Of a stretch of 64,000 bases of DNA, positions 37,430-51,933 are shown piece by piece. Numbering within the stretch: position 1 is the stretch's first letter; the number at the start of each line of letters is the position of its first letter. The position numbers and the translations under genes are program-made. Source of the stretch: Octopus sinensis (taxonomy: Eukaryota); NCBI RefSeq assembly GCF_006345805.1, contig NC_043005.1:49724001-49788000 (forward strand). The letters are read 5' to 3'. The notes under the pieces were generated by a model. The model made no database searches and was not told the DNA's origin. It saw nothing but the letters and a program-made list of their open reading frames with translations.

Positions 37430-37745
37430 AATCATCATCATCATCTTCGTTTAGCGTCTGCTTTCCATGCTAGCATGGGTTGGACGGTTCAACTGGGGTT
37501 TGGGAAGCCAGAAGGTTGCACCAGGCCCAGTCTAATCTGGCAATGTTTCTACGGCTGGATGCCCTTCCTAACGCCAACCACTCCGTGAGTGTAGTGGGTG
37601 CTTTTTATGTGCCACCGGCACAGGTGTCAGACGAGGCTGGCAAACGGCCATGATCGGATGGTGCTTTTTACGTGCCACCGGCACGGGGGCCAGGCGAGGC
37701 TGGCAACGGCCACAATCGGATGGTGCTTTTTACGTACCACCGGCA
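37430..37745 (-). mobile_element. Young RTE 3'-end fragment with about 62-bp internal tandem units
   Basis: Same terminus as the main RTE. Three copies of ctttttacgtgccaccggcac; CpGs intact. Confidence 0.85.
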
Positions 37746-39789
37746 CAATAATAATAATAAAGTTATTGCATAGTGTTCGGGTACACTACAACTCATCAGA
37801 AAAGGTAGCCAAAAGTGCATGAACAGTACATAGAATAATGCACAGGGAGTAAGCAGTGAATGAGTCATTAAAAAAGAAAAAAATTAAAAAGGGAGTATCA
37901 GGTGTAATGATGGGCAAATTTCGGAAAGTATGCAAGTTTTCAAAGATGTGGTGTCCCAATAGCTAACAACTGATGCGGATAGTTTATCCCATGCTTCAGC
38001 AATTCCAACCGCGTAAAAATGTTTCTGAAAGTCATGCATGCTGTGTTGTGTTTTTTAATTTTGTAAGCATGTCCACAGGTATTAGCCATATGGAATTCCA
38101 AAAGGTACCAAAGATGATTGCTGTGAAGATGAAGCAAATAATCTCAAAACTTATGGTATATTGGATGATTACTTTAACTATTATGCAAACTCTTTACATA
38201 TTCATTTCTTTCTCAAAGTAATTTGTAATTTGAAAAATTATAATTCAAACAAAATATAAAAACAAACTAATTAAGAAAAGCCTTTTAGTGTGGCTAATTA
38301 ATCTAGTTACTAATTAAGTACAGCCTTCTGCTGTAGCTTTGCAAATGAAATTTAATAGATGGAAAGTGTGCAGAAGACATGCGTGCATGTGTGAGAGTAA
38401 ATGTGTATACTAGTATAAAGCAGTGCATCGAGTTATGTCCCTTTATGCCTATAATGGGTAAAATTTTGCCAGTTGCTAAATAAGATTTAATATTTGTTTC
38501 CTAAATTCTTGTAAAATCACCTAGGCAAATATGTTTTTGTTTTTTTACTTTTTGGTGACAGGGCAGGGATCACTCTTCAAACAAAAACAAACGCCCAGTT
38601 TAGTTAATTTATTTCTGTTTTATCATTTAACTAATTAGCTAATAACTTAAGTAAACTACAACCAGTGCATGTGCTTTTGTTGACAAAGCGATGCTCCCAA
38701 AAAACACTGATAAAAACAAGCACCAGGCTGAAATAAGCCTTAAATTCCATATGAGTAGCTAAAATCTTCGAAGGCAGTGTCCTAGGACTACCCTAAACTC
38801 CAATGATTGTAATGATTACAAAAATAATCTTTTATTAGGGAATGTGAGATCGAATCCCATAGGCTCAGGCATTGGTGTGTGTGATAAGAAGCTTGCTTCC
38901 CAACCACATGGTTTTGGGTTCAGCCCCACAGTGTGGTACTTTGGGTAAGTGTCTTCTACTATAGCCTCAGGCCAATCAAAGCCTTCCAAGTGGATTTGGT
39001 AGATGGAAACTGAAAGAAGTACATCATGTGTGTGTGTGTGTGTGTGTGCTTATATGTTTTCCCCACCCCCTGCTTGACAACCAATGTTAGTTTGTTTACA
39101 TTCCTGTAATCTAGTGGTGTGGTCAATGAATCCAATAGGATAATTATGAGGCTTAGCAAAAGAAAAAAATAAGAAAAGTACTGGGCACGATTTGTTTGAT
39201 TAGGCTAATCCCCAGCATGGTTGTAGTCCAATGATTGAAACCAGTAATCAATAAAAGTTGTCTTTCTCACAAAATTTTAGATTCTTCATTCACAAAGTGT
39301 GTAAACCATTCAAGCCCAAAGATTAACCTATTATGTAAAACATAACCTAGAGTTAACCTGGAGCTAAGCAACAACTTAATCTAAAGCTTGGCAAACTAGA
39401 AAAGTAATCAGTGATGACATACAAAGCACTGACAAGCCAATGCAGTGGTCACTCAATCTGTTAAAAATAGCAACCAAATCTCTCTTTAAAAATTCAGTTA
39501 AGGTGGAATGGTTATAGCAGAAATACCATCAATCATAGGTCAATGATATTAGTGTAGACCTGTGGGTAAATAACAATGGCAATAACATGGAATAAGAATT
39601 CTTATTTCTTATTGTTTTACTTGCTTTAGTCATTGAGCTGTGGTCATGCTGGGGCATCACCTTGAACGTTTAGTTGATCAAATCAACCTAAGTTGATTCT
39701 AATGTTATGGGTATCTTTTTGCTGAATTGCTAAGTTATGGTGATGTAAACAAACCAATGCAAGTTCTAGTGTGGTAAGATACAAGTTCA

Positions 39790-39820
<31 letters not shown>

Positions 39821-39993
39821 CACAAGATAGGGTTCTACAAGTTTCTGTCTACTGAATTCACTCATGACACATTGGTCAACCTAAGACTATAATAGAAGAC
39901 ACTTTCCCAACGTGCTGCACGGTGGAATTGAACCTGGTGTCACATGGTTGTGAAGCCATACACTATTACATCAAAAAGCAATAATGTACTTAC

Positions 39994-40202
39994 TTGGCCA
40001 TTAGTAGGACATATGAATGTAATCACAGTCTGTGGAGTGCCAGTACAAGAACTTGCGCTAGTTTCTGATTTGTAAACTAGTTGAAGAGTTCGCTCATCAA
40101 TAGCTCTTAAAGCAGTTGTTGGTTGTCCCAAGCCAACTAAATTCTCCAGGATTTTCCCACATGATGCAGAACCTTCTGGACAATTCGATAGAGATGGATC
40201 AG
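39994..40202 (-). CDS. IGF2R: CI-MPR exon, domain 2 (DPSLSNCPEG...FICPTNGQ)
   Basis: ttgcag acceptor, GTAAGT donor, 209 nt, phase 1 to 0. Confidence 0.93.
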
Positions 40203-41999
40203 CTGCAATAAAAGAATGCTAGATTAGGAATATAATATCTGATGGTTACTGTTAATGTCACTCAAAGATGTCTCAACCGTGATGTTGATACATAATTAAT
40301 GATACAGCAAATATGACAGCAAGATAATAAATTGATAATGTTAATGCAGAGGAGTCACACTATGGTATAAAATTTAAGACTATTGTAACATGGAATAACA
40401 ACCAGAACTAATGTGACATAGTATAACAGTAAGATACAAAGCAACATATGGATGTGACACAATATTAAATCGACAATAAATTTAAGACAATACCACAACT
40501 CACAAAGAGTACTCTGAGAGCTGTATAACAGACCATGTAAAGGGTAAAGACCTCCTTCAGTCATAAATAACCATAGGATTGCACCAAGAAAGTAACCCTC
40601 CAAGGCACAAATCTGGGCAAGGTTGTTTATGGAAGATCATGCATACCAGCCTCTCTGCTCCATGCCACTAATGTTATCCAAGGGAAAGGCAATGGCCGAT
40701 ACAGCTTGGCACCATAGATGCTGCAACTCATTTCTATAGCTGAGTGAACTGGAGCAACATGAAATAAAGTGTCTTGCTCAAGAACACAACACACAGCCTG
40801 GTCCAGCAATCGAACTCACTACCTCATGACTGTGAGCCCGAAGCACTAACCACTGAACCATGCGCCTAACAATAATAATAGTATAACACACCAAACATAA
40901 CACAAAGACAGTAAAACACTAAGTATATTAATAAAGCATGAGTGCAGCATAACATATCAAATGTAATATGAAGATAAAACAACATTGCCAATGTAAAACA
41001 TCACTTTATAAGTGTAATGAAGGCAATACAATACACATTGTGTATAAAGCCTGTATATTGTGTATAAAGACTGTATAACAGCTAGTTAAACAGAGTATAA
41101 CATACCAAGTGTAATAAAGTCAGTATAACACACCAAGTATAACATGAAGGTAAGTACAATGCACCAAAAATAACAGAATACAACAAACTAAATGTAACAG
41201 GAGAGTGCAACACACAAACAGAATGGTTTCAAATTTTGACACATGGCCTGCAAATTTAAAGCAGGGAGTAAGTTGATTACATCAGTCCCAGTATTTGACT
41301 GGTACTATATTTTATCAACCCGGGAAGAATGAAAGGCAATGTTGGCCTCGGCAGAATTTGAACTCAGGACATAAAGCGGCAGAAGAAATGCCACAAAGCA
41401 TTTTGTTCGATGCACTAATGATTCTGCCATCTTAATACAACAGTAACCAAACAATGTAGGATCAATAGATCTAATGTAACATTAAATTGACATACTAACA
41501 GTAATGTTACTGCAACACGCAAATGCTAGCCAGCATCTACATTATTTGGGGGGTTGCACTGCAATCTTTTCACTTGGGTAATTGAAAATGACAAATACAA
41601 TGAATTCTGTATGATGAGGCCATATTTGATAATATTTGAGATTTTTCATCAAGAGAATAGCGATGATCTAACATCAAAGTTAGTTCTCTCTCAGTTCTCT
41701 AGGTACATGTCAGTTTGCAGTTGAAACTCAAGATGAGAATCTGTCATAGCACAGAGTGGCAAAAAAGAAGTTTAGTGATGAAAGGATGTATATAACTAAT
41801 GAGATTTAAAATGTCAAAACAATCCATAGTTCACCGATTACCTGCTACTTTTTATCTTACTTTTTTTTTTTAGAAGTTAAAGAGTTGTTTATCATATTAG
41901 TTTGCTCCTTATACAGTATAACCATTTGACTCAGAGAGTTATCACACCTACTCTCTTGCATGCTCCTTCACAATATCTTGTTTGTATTCTATCATTTCA

Positions 42000-42600
42000 G
42001 GAGGGTTGCCCAAACTAAAACCACCCTTTCTCTCCAAGTGTTCCTATCTTCTATGACATTTCTAAGGTCTTCTATTTGTAACTCAACATCACAAGAGTTG
42101 ACCAATGTACATCATTCTGGGTCATATATCAGAATTGCTGTGGCTCACTATCCTAAGAAGGAGATCACTCGCTAATTCATTATTGCTTCAACAGCAGTGA
42201 CCAGCATATCTTGCATGATTGGTGATATGTGAGGGGCATTGCAACAAGGCTCTTCTTTCATTGGATGTTGTTTCCATGATTCGTTGAGAACAACATATAA
42301 CATATGTGTAGGTCCCATCAAGCTTGCTTTCAATCTTTTATTTTTTGTCAGAATCCATGTTGATGAATGATAAAGAACTGATTCTACAATGGCTCTGAAG
42401 AATTCCCTTTCCATTCAGTCAGACAATATAGACTTCCAAATTATTCTTAATTTGTCCAGTGCAGTCCATGCTTTTACTATATGAATGGAAACATTTTCTC
42501 AGTGGATGAGATATCACTCCTGAGCTAAGAGAAACATTCGATCTTCTTCAGTGGTGTACTGCTCAACAAGTTGATCTGGTTGTTCACCAAGTTTTATTTA
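42000..42600 (-). mobile_element. RTEX/RTE-like LINE ORF C-terminal remnant
   Basis: EFFRAIVESVLY..STW.LTK and LN.SWKQHP motifs. Confidence 0.7.
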
Positions 42601-43216
42601 CTAGAAATGTGGAAAAGGCACTCAAAGTATTTATGGGTTAACAAGGCTACCGTTAGTTTCATGCTGAGAATTCTCAGCGATTATCAAGCCTGCCACATGG
42701 GACATTGGTACTTATCTCCATCTTGGATGAAAATACAATGAAGTTACACGATACTGTGCAGGAGTTTGAAACAAACAAATAAATATAATATGACAGTACT
42801 GCAATTAATAATTATATATCTGGTCAGGTGACTTGTCCAGACTAATGTAACTCTTTTACACTAAATGTTCCAATCATCCACAGCAGTCTTCATATTTTAT
42901 TGAGCCCTGGTAAAAGATAGCAGTGAAGTTGTTTTTCTCTCTCTTCATAAAGGATGTAGAAACATACCTAAACAAAAGAAGGCAGTTTTAGTCCAATGTT
43001 GTACTCTTCTGACACAATGCCACTTTTGCAATGTATATAAATATATGTAAAAGAATAATTCTTTCAAGATTTTTTTAAAAACTAGTCAATATTATTTCTA
43101 AAATTTTAAAATTAAGCATACAGTAAATTTTGGTTTAAATGAAAGGATAGATTGGAGAAGGAAAATGACAGTAAGAAAAAAGAGAATGAGGGGACAAAAG
43201 AGGATTTCTAACTTAC

Positions 43217-43460
43217 CAGGATCTTTAGTGATGGCACGACAAATGTTGACGACAAAATCGGGTGAACCATCGGATTCAGATACCAGCTTGTAGGCACCTT
43301 TCAGCTTTACCAAAGGTGTCAGGTCTCGCTTCTTTCCTTTCACATACACATAACAAGGCACTTCTTTCACAGTTTCTGTCCGCTTCTTACAAGCAACAAG
43401 GGATTCCCACTCAAACACCTCTGTGCAGCTGTTGTCTTGGCTTAGAAAATTGGGTGAACC
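43217..43460 (-). CDS. IGF2R: CI-MPR exon, domains 1/2 (GSPNFLS...RAITKDP)
   Basis: ttcttaag acceptor, GTAAGT donor, 244 nt, phase 0 to 1. Confidence 0.95.
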
Positions 43461-44018
43461 CTTAAGAAACAAAGAAAATTTTAAAATGTGAGATTTAGCT
43501 GCTATTTCTAGGAGTTTGAGTTAATTTGCAGATGTTCCTTTATTGTTTTGATCAATGGTTCCCAACCAGGGCTACCGGAGATGTGACCCTCAAGCATCCT
43601 TACGAGCCACATGTATCTGAATAGTCTTTTCTTGATAAATATAGTTTTTTTCCTTAACTGACTTCTGTTTCCTTTTTCTTTTTTTTTTTTTATGCAGCCC
43701 CCTTAAAAAAAAATCCAGGTTTGGGTCTGGCTCAGGTATTAATAAAAGGTTGGGAACCACAGGTTTTGACTACATAATGGGAACAGGCATGGATTTAAAA
43801 CAATGTTTGCATTATTAATTAACATACATTGGTGACATAGAAAGTAACTGTGGTTATATTGTTGTAAAGCAAGAAAGTGTTTGATTGTAGAGTGAAAACA
43901 ATTCAGTGATTAATCAATAATGACATACAGCGAAGTAGTTTGTCAAACAGTTAAAATTGCAAACTGAGAAATTGTGATTACCAACAGACATATCTTGTGA
44001 CATGGAATGGTAGCTTGA

Positions 44019-44163
44019 AGGCGCATGGCTCAGTGGTTAGAGCGTTGGGCTCACAATCACGAGGTAGTGAGTTTGATTTCTGGACTGAGCTGTGTGTTGT
44101 GTTGTGTTCTTGAGCAAGACACTGTTTCACATTGCTCCAATTCACTCAGCTGTAAAAAATAAG
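44019..44163 (+). mobile_element. SINE family C head. Other copies at about 8590-8860, 23440-23745, 29885-30180, 30830-31165, 40545-40868, 49790-49960 and 53860-54080.
   Basis: ggcgcatggctcagtggttagagc A-box; ttgagcaagacact segment. Confidence 0.75.
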
Positions 44164-44164
44164 T

Positions 44165-44470
44165 TATGAATTGCATCCTTGACCACTCCACAAGCTTGTC
44201 AAGCCTCAAGAGGACACTTTGCATGATTCGCTTGTCTGTTGATAGAAGGGTCATGTCATCCATGAAGCCCTTCTTAGATGATTGTACATGGGCAATTTGT
44301 TCTGAAAAGTCCACTGCTTTCAAAATCATCTCCTTGACTAAAATAAACCGCATGAGATATTGTGCAGCCAGAAGCAATGCCAATTTCCAATCAGTACCAA
44401 TCTGTTGTAAAATCTCCAGCTGTAACCCTCATCTTGAAACTGTCATAATATATTCTCATTAACCATGTTA
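44165..44470 (-). mobile_element. RT fragment of an R2-superfamily (Hero-like) non-LTR element
   Basis: LEIGIASGCTIS (shifted frame), EMILKA and KGFMDDMTLL; FMDD is the catalytic motif variant. Confidence 0.65.
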
Positions 44471-46634
44471 CTTTGTCTGGAATGTTGATAAACCTTCTTT
44501 GGTTAAACTGGAAAGTTAAACCAGGTATAAAAACCCTTATCCAGCCATATCTAGCCAAAATATTCTACCTGTTTTATGTTCAAACCAGCCATATCCAACT
44601 TCTCACACCTTCCCTACAAAGTCATTCTAAAAGTTAGCAATCACATCATTGAAATCTCAAAGCTATGAGGTAATGTATGATTATTTCAAAATGATGTGAA
44701 TAAATATGTATTGTATTTGACAGAGGAATCTGAATGCTAAACGCTTAATAATTTTGTGCATTGTTGTAAAGTGGAAAAATTCATTAATCCTTTAGCGTTC
44801 AGATTATTCGGTTGAATATAATGCTTATTTATTCACATTGTTTTGAATTAATCATATATGATCTTGTAGCTTTGAGATTTTGATGATGTGACTATTTTTA
44901 GAAGGACATTGTAGGGTAGGTGCAAGAGGCTAGATCTTGACAGTTTGAACATATAACAGAGAAAATTTGTGCTGGATATGGCCAGTTTAAATACTAAAGG
45001 GTTAAATAATCACTACATAGTTATGAATCAGGAAATGTGTTAAGCAATCATTGAATAGTTATTAGGTGGAAGAATGGGATTTAATTAAAGGGGATAATCA
45101 TATTTCTTAAGGATTTCTTTGAACATGAGACACACCTATCAAGAGATAATCACCCTAACAACTTAAGTTAACAAGAAAACTAAATTTCTTTCAAATCCTA
45201 CCCTATCTTAAGAAGAAAATGAACACATTGACTAATGTAATCCCAGATACATGTCACTGCTGGAAAGTTTTTAACAAGAGGTTTCTCAATCAGGACTCTC
45301 CTGAAATAAGCTATTCTTCTTAACATTAATATCCTTATATACTACAGATTTTTCATCTTTTACCTGTATCAGTCATTGGACTGCAGCCATGCTGGAGCAC
45401 CACTCTGAAGATTTTAATCAAACAAATCACTCCCAGTACTAATGCTTTTTTAAAGCTTAATACTTATTCTACCAGTTCCTTTTTGCCAAACTGTTAAGCC
45501 ATGGGGGCTTAAACAAACCAACACCAGTTGTCAACTGGTGGCAAGGGACAAACACAAACATATATAATCAGTTTCCACTAACCAAATCCACTCACAAGGC
45601 TTTGGTCAGCCCAGGGCTGTAATAGAAGATACTTAACCATGGTGTCATACAGTAGAACTGAATCCTGAATCATGTGATTGAGAAAGAAACTTCTTACCAA
45701 AATTTTTTTTTAATTTCTAATATCAGCTTCAAAACCATAGATATGCCAATATATCTTCAAATCAACCCTCACTCCAGGACTCACAGAGCCAGTATTAAAA
45801 TTTCATATTTATTATGCTAAGCAAATAGAAAAATTTTATCTCCAATTTTTGACACAATCTTAAGTCAATCCCCATAACTTAACAGTTCATTAAAATGAGA
45901 CCAACGGAAGAAATATGAGATGTGAAATATGTCCTGGGTTAATCTGTTTAATTAAACTCTCAAGCATGACCACACTACAGTCCAATGACTGAAACCAGTA
46001 TAAAAGAAAAATCCAGCACTACACGATAATGAAACAGTCACAAATTCTATAATGCTGCCACTGCTTACAATAGCAAAGTATTGTTTCTACCTAGTGGTCA
46101 AATTTTACAGTTAAATAGACTAGACTACTTCAGAGAAAATCTATCTGGTCAACAGAATGCAGGGATATAAAACTACTGTTCACTTAAGTTTAGAGTACAG
46201 ACAGCATGATCAACAGAATTGGATATTAACTATGTCTAAAAAAGAAAAGTCTGAAAAAATTCTTGTTAAAAAAAATCTAAGCACCAACTATTGTTTATTT
46301 AACTGTATAACATCTGTTGTGCATACATCTTGTCATAAGCCACAAAAACTGAAAGCTTGGACAAGCTCTAAAGATTCTTTATGTCTGAGCAGCATTATGA
46401 ATGAATGCAATTATAATATCAACTGGTTGTTGCAGAATTATTGACACAGTACAATATGTAGTACTTCAGTTTCATAATCTGTAATTGTGTGTGTGTGTGT
46501 GTGTGTGTGTACACATGGCTGTGAGGTGAAGTTTGCTTCCCAACCACATAGTTAGGAGTTCAATCCCACTTAAAGCAAACTAAAACTTCATAAGTGGATT
46601 TAGGTGATGGAAACTGAAAGAAGCCCAATGAAGA

Positions 46635-47150
46635 TACAGGGTGTCCCAAAACAAAAAAAAACATATACACATTTTAACAGCTGATAACTCAATTTCTATT
46701 TCTTTTAAACCTAAAGTTTAACCATTAGAAATAACAAAAGGAACCAGGCTAAGCTTTGAAAGAAAATTTACCCTAAAGTTTGAAAACACAGTTGAAATGC
46801 AAAGACAATTTAGGAAAGAGTTTTAAAGAGATCTGTCTATGCAATTTACCATCACTAAAATTAGAGATAAGCTTGAAGCAAATGGAACTGTTCAGAATGT
46901 CCACAAAAAATGTTTCGGAAGACCGTGGCCATTCATGAGCCTTGCTCTGGTAGCAAGCAAGTAATGAGATAAGAATTTCAAAATCAGGCGTCCATTTTGA
47001 AGTGCTGTCAGTGGAAAAGTTCTAAGAATGGTCCATCCTCTCAATGAAGATGATCCAGACCGAGGAGTGGAGTTTTCAAGTGATACTTGACAAGATGTGT
47101 AGAAGATGCACCCTTGTCAAAAAAATAATCTGGCTCTGAGCATTTGAAGA
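46635..47150 (+). mobile_element. Tc1/mariner 5' remnant
   Basis: tacagggtgtccc terminus; NEDDPDRGVEF-like peptide remnant. Confidence 0.65.
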
Positions 47151-48548
47151 TGTGTAGAATAAGAGATCCTTTACAACAGTGGTTCTCAATTGGGGTCTAT
47201 ATGACCTCTGGGGCTCACCTTAAGATTTTGTGGGATCCACACAAGCAAAATAGTAAATTTGGTACACAATTCTATTTTAAGGGTTCATGAAAAATTTTGA
47301 CTTAGATGTATTTATTGCAAGAAACAGCTAGGTTTCTTTCTCTGATGTTTTACACAGCTCAATCTACACATGTGAATGTGTGATACACAAAATAGGAATT
47401 TTGAAGCAATTATCTATAAAACTAATTTTGAAGCATCAAATGGCTATAGGGGTTGACCAAAATAAAATAGTAATCAAAGAGGTGTATAGGTGAAAAAATG
47501 GTTGAGCATCACTGATTTACTTGAAAAACAAGTAAAGTGTTAGTATCAGGAAGAGCAACCAACTGTAAAACAATGTCCCAATAATACAGGATGAGTCAAA
47601 AGTAGCACCCAAATCCTGTTTTAGTGTTAATATGTATGACTTCCCAATTGGGAGATACTTCTGATTCCTAATTCTTGTTTTACAGGTTGGGATATCAGAG
47701 TATTGACAACATGTGACATGATCCACATTTAGTAACTTTCAAAACTGTCAATAATAACCTGCTAAACAACAAAGAAAGTCATGATTTCCCAGAGACTGGG
47801 TGTTACATTTGACTCATGCTGTATAATCATCTAATCTATGCTAGCATGGAAAAACACAGAAGAAATGAATGAATGTATGTATGTATGCATGCATGCATGC
47901 GAGTGTGAATGTGCAGGGAAATCTTTTACATCAAACATCTTGCCTCTGTGGTTAGGAAGTTAGCATGGTTGCAAAGATTCAATCCCACCAAATATAATCT
48001 TGGAAATTATATAGAGCATAATGAAGTCCAAAACCTTGTGAGTGAAATTTGGTAGATAGAAGTTATGTGGAGGGTCACTGGAGGAACCATTCTTATTTTG
48101 GGGTGGCATATTTAATCTATCACTTGGTTTAATCCTTTAGCATTCCGATTTCTCTGTCAAATATAACGCTTCTTTATTTACGTCATTTTGAATTATGCAT
48201 TATCTTGTGGCTTTGAGATTTCAATGATGTGATTGCTTATTTTTAAAATGACATTGTAGGATGAGTGTAAGAGGATAGATATGGCCAGTTTGAGCATAAA
48301 ACAATATCTGGGCTAGATATGGCCAGTTTAAATGTTATGGGGTTAAGACTACAATCAGATCACTGGGTGCATTTAGTGGCATACACTCTGTAAAAAGCAA
48401 TAGAACTAGTTTCAGAGGCTCTGTATGGGTCCTGGATACTGCCCTTTCTCCTCTAAGCCATAAATATTTTCTTTTTGACACACTAATGAAATGAAGGAGA
48501 GAGAAAATAAATAACAGTTGTTGATAGCATTAGTAAAGGTTAACTTAC

Positions 48549-48819
48549 CAACGTCTTACCACACTTGAATAAGATATCTGTTCTTAGAGATGCTGAGGAA
48601 TTTGAGGGACAGACTCCACCAGTGAATGACACTACGATTTCTTTATCTTTATTTTCATGAGAGGGTGGAGAACTTGTATAATTACCCACTGATATAAATG
48701 AACCAGACTTTTCTCTACAAATCGAACTGCCTGTGGGACATTTATCATGATTCACCGCTGAACAGATGCTGATCCAATAGGTATCATTTGAAGGACTCAC
48801 AGACATCCATGGGTAAGAC
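48549..48819 (-). CDS. IGF2R: CI-MPR exon, MRH domain 1 (SYPWMSVS...FKCGKTL)
   Basis: ttctatag acceptor, GTAAGT donor, 271 nt, phase 2 to 0. Confidence 0.93.
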
Positions 48820-48978
48820 CTATAGAAAATAGAACAGGACTTTAAATACAGTAACAACAAATTAATATGCAAGATAATAAAGAGTTTCTTTGCAGCAGCC
48901 AAATGTCTTTCACATTCTACAATTGTAAGAAAAGAAGGTAGGTTACATTGGATAATGTAGTCCCAGGTATATAAAAAT

Positions 48979-49213
48979 ATTAAGGCGGCGAGCTGGCAGA
49001 AACGTTAGCACGCCGGGTGAAATGAGTAGCTGCATCTCGTCTGTCATTACATTGTGAGTTCAAATTCCGCCGAGGTCGACTTTGCCTTTCATCCTTTCAG
49101 GGTCGATTAAATAAGTACCAGTTACGCACTGGGGTCGATATAATCAACTTAATAACTATGTCTGTCCTTGTTTGTCCCCTCAGCGTTTAGCCCCTTGTGG
49201 GTAGTAAAGAAAT
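48979..49213 (+). mobile_element. SINE family B (tRNA head plus Meta-domain-like segment) with 14-bp target-site duplication
   Basis: A/B-box-like tggcagaaacgttag and gagttcaaattcc; gcctttcatcctttcagggtcgat. aggtatataaaaat occurs at 48965-48978 and 49214-49227. Confidence 0.88.
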
Positions 49214-51885
49214 AGGTATATAAAAATGATAATGACCGGAACACCTATATTGATATATTAGCTCAATCAGTGATGAATTGGGGCCAATAATAATAACAAA
49301 AGCTTAACACAGTAAATATAAATATTGTAAAACAAATGCTAACTGTCACTCACCAACTATTTTATTTTTCCAACAAAAACAATTGATAAATGTGCTTAAA
49401 TCAATATTTTATCATCATAAACTATAGCTAGCTTCCTCAGTTTTACATTATACTTCTTCCATTACAATCCCATTCACATCTAGGATGCTACACTGTTCTG
49501 AGCACTTAAACAGTATTTTATTTTGACTTTCAGATGGATGTAAAGTAAATTTGACCATAGATGAATTTCTGTTCAAAGCTAAAAGAGCTGTAATAAAAAT
49601 ATTGTAAGACATTTTTACTTAATGCACAAAAACTATGTCAATCTAACATTCAATAATTTCTAAATTTGATGAGAAATCAAGCCAGTCAGCCACGTGAATT
49701 GACACAGTGCAAGATCATTGTGGAGCCACAGATATTACTGAGTAAAATCCATTCTCATGATAAGGTCAACTTCAAAATCATCAAGTCAATGACCATAAGA
49801 TCGTGGTTTCGATTCCTGGATCAGGCGACGTGTTGTGTTCTTGAGCAAAACACTTCAATTCACATTACCCCAGTCCACTTAGCTGGCAAAAATGAATAAT
49901 CCCACAATGGACTGGCATCCCATCCAGGTGGGGAATATATACACCATGAAACTGGCCCTTATCAGTTGATATGACTTGAGAAGACAACTTCCCTTTTTTT
50001 TTACTTTACTCAGTTGTAACCCAACATCACTCTCATGTATAGACTGCTGCTGCTACCACTAATGTGCTTACACTCCACTGAACAATGACTGAGCTACTGA
50101 CTCATACCAATAGCTTACTCACACTATGAGCAGTAACCAATACAAGGAACTGATGTTGCTGAATACTCTATGGTGCAGCTTGCTGCCAAAGTGGTCCTAT
50201 CAGAATAGGTAAACCTAAAAATAATGAAAATAGCTGGTGTTGCTCTGAAAGCATTAATGCCATGTGATCTGAACTGGCCAATAGAAGCCCATACATCTAG
50301 AAACCATCTTAAATTTCCTTCCAACCTTCCACTCTGCCACTGAACATTTGATAAAATGGACATGTTTTACATGCCCACAAAAATCTCTTTCAGTCCCATA
50401 TTACTTGGAAACGGAACAGATTTTTTGCACAGTTCCATGTACGAAATTTCACTTACAAGGCACAGGTCAGAAATTAATACAGAAATTCAGTCTTAAGCAA
50501 TGTGGCAATGCCAATAATGGATTATAAAATGTGTTAAGCTAAAAGAAAAGAACACCATTTACAGAAATGGATTCTTGGTGGTGGATATCGAACTGAACCA
50601 GTCATGTATCTCAAAATTCCACATACAAGCTAGTCACAAATCAATGAGAAAGCCTTCAATGTTATTGTTTGATCTGCAACAAATAGTAAAACAGCAGCTT
50701 TAAAATCTGCTTTACATCATTCATTATAGTCTTATGAAAGAAAAAGAAATGCTGTCCAAGATACAATAAAGGATGGGATGATCGTAGCTGGAATGCTTTT
50801 GATTATAGTATTTCAGAGATGACCAAGGGCTAAACAACAAATACTCATGATAGCATGACATCATCCTCATTTTGCTGTCAACTTTTCCATGCTCACATGA
50901 GCTGGATGGAATTTGAGGTGGCAGATTTTCTATGGTCGGATGCTCATCTTGTCACTATCCTTCAGCTGATTCCAAGTAAGTTAAAATTTCTCCATGGCCA
51001 GACATGTCTTCATGGAAGCTTAGAAACAAAGGACGCTGCTTATATGACAGTGACATTCATTTACAACTATCATGCAAGGTCAAAAGAAAGAAATCCTAAT
51101 ACACACACACACACACACACAACAGGCTTCTCTCAGTTTTCATCCACCAAATCCCCTCACAAAGCCTTAGTCAACCAGGGGTTATAACAGAAGTCACTTG
51201 CCCAACGAGGTACATGGTGAGACCGAATCAGAAACCATGTGGTTGGGAAACGTACTTCTTAACTACACAGCCATAGCTGTGCCTCAGACAAAAAAAAAAA
51301 TTACCAAGGAAGCTGTACATGCGCTCAAATTGCTAGTGATAACAACCATACATCCCTCAATTCACAGTCTTATAAAAGAATGAAAACAGACAATTGTCGA
51401 TTAAAAGTCTTTGATCATAGGACTGTATTATCTGGGCTGATCTGGGTTTAAACAACAACAATAACAACTAAATAAAATAGCCAATATCATATCATCATAA
51501 TCATCTCTCAAAACATCGGACAAACTATGAAATGACAAAGAACAAAGTTCAACACAAAACAAAGCCTACAGGAGAAAGACTGAGAGTGTGTGTGTGTGTG
51601 TGTTCAAGTATAAATAAGTGTGTGGTATGGATATAGATTTGTGTGAAAGCATGTATATGTAAAAGAGACAAAGAAAACACTGGAGGGTGAAGAGAGTGAG
51701 AGAGAGGGAAAGACAAAAGAAAACAAAAGATCATTTCCTCCTTGTATTTCATTCTGGTTGTCTAGATAAATATTTAGAGTTTTTCCTATTGTAATTGCTT
51801 TAAAAAAAAGAGTCAAAGTATGATTGAACAAACAATACCCAAAAATAGAACTAGCGCATTAAATATTATATTAATGAGCTAATTT

Positions 51886-51933
<48 letters not shown>

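Larger units (their letters stand above)
2066..48819 (-). other. IGF2R: CI-MPR / IGF2R-like gene, partial: 18 internal coding exons, MRH domains 1-8
   Basis: Exons join in frame. Repeated MRH motifs (C...YDLxxL, INVC, GDxC, FxC, WxTxxAC) are collinear with vertebrate IGF2R, e.g. FKCGKTL|GSP, KEVPCYV, WHTAAAC, FDTPLACPPQTVDCVVQD. Confidence 0.95.

Noticed and set aside
50119-50214. Exon-like segment on the minus strand (ttttag acceptor, GTAAGC or GTGAGT donor)
   Set aside because: Stop codons in all three frames, no ATG, and no phase-compatible open reading into the domain 1 exon.
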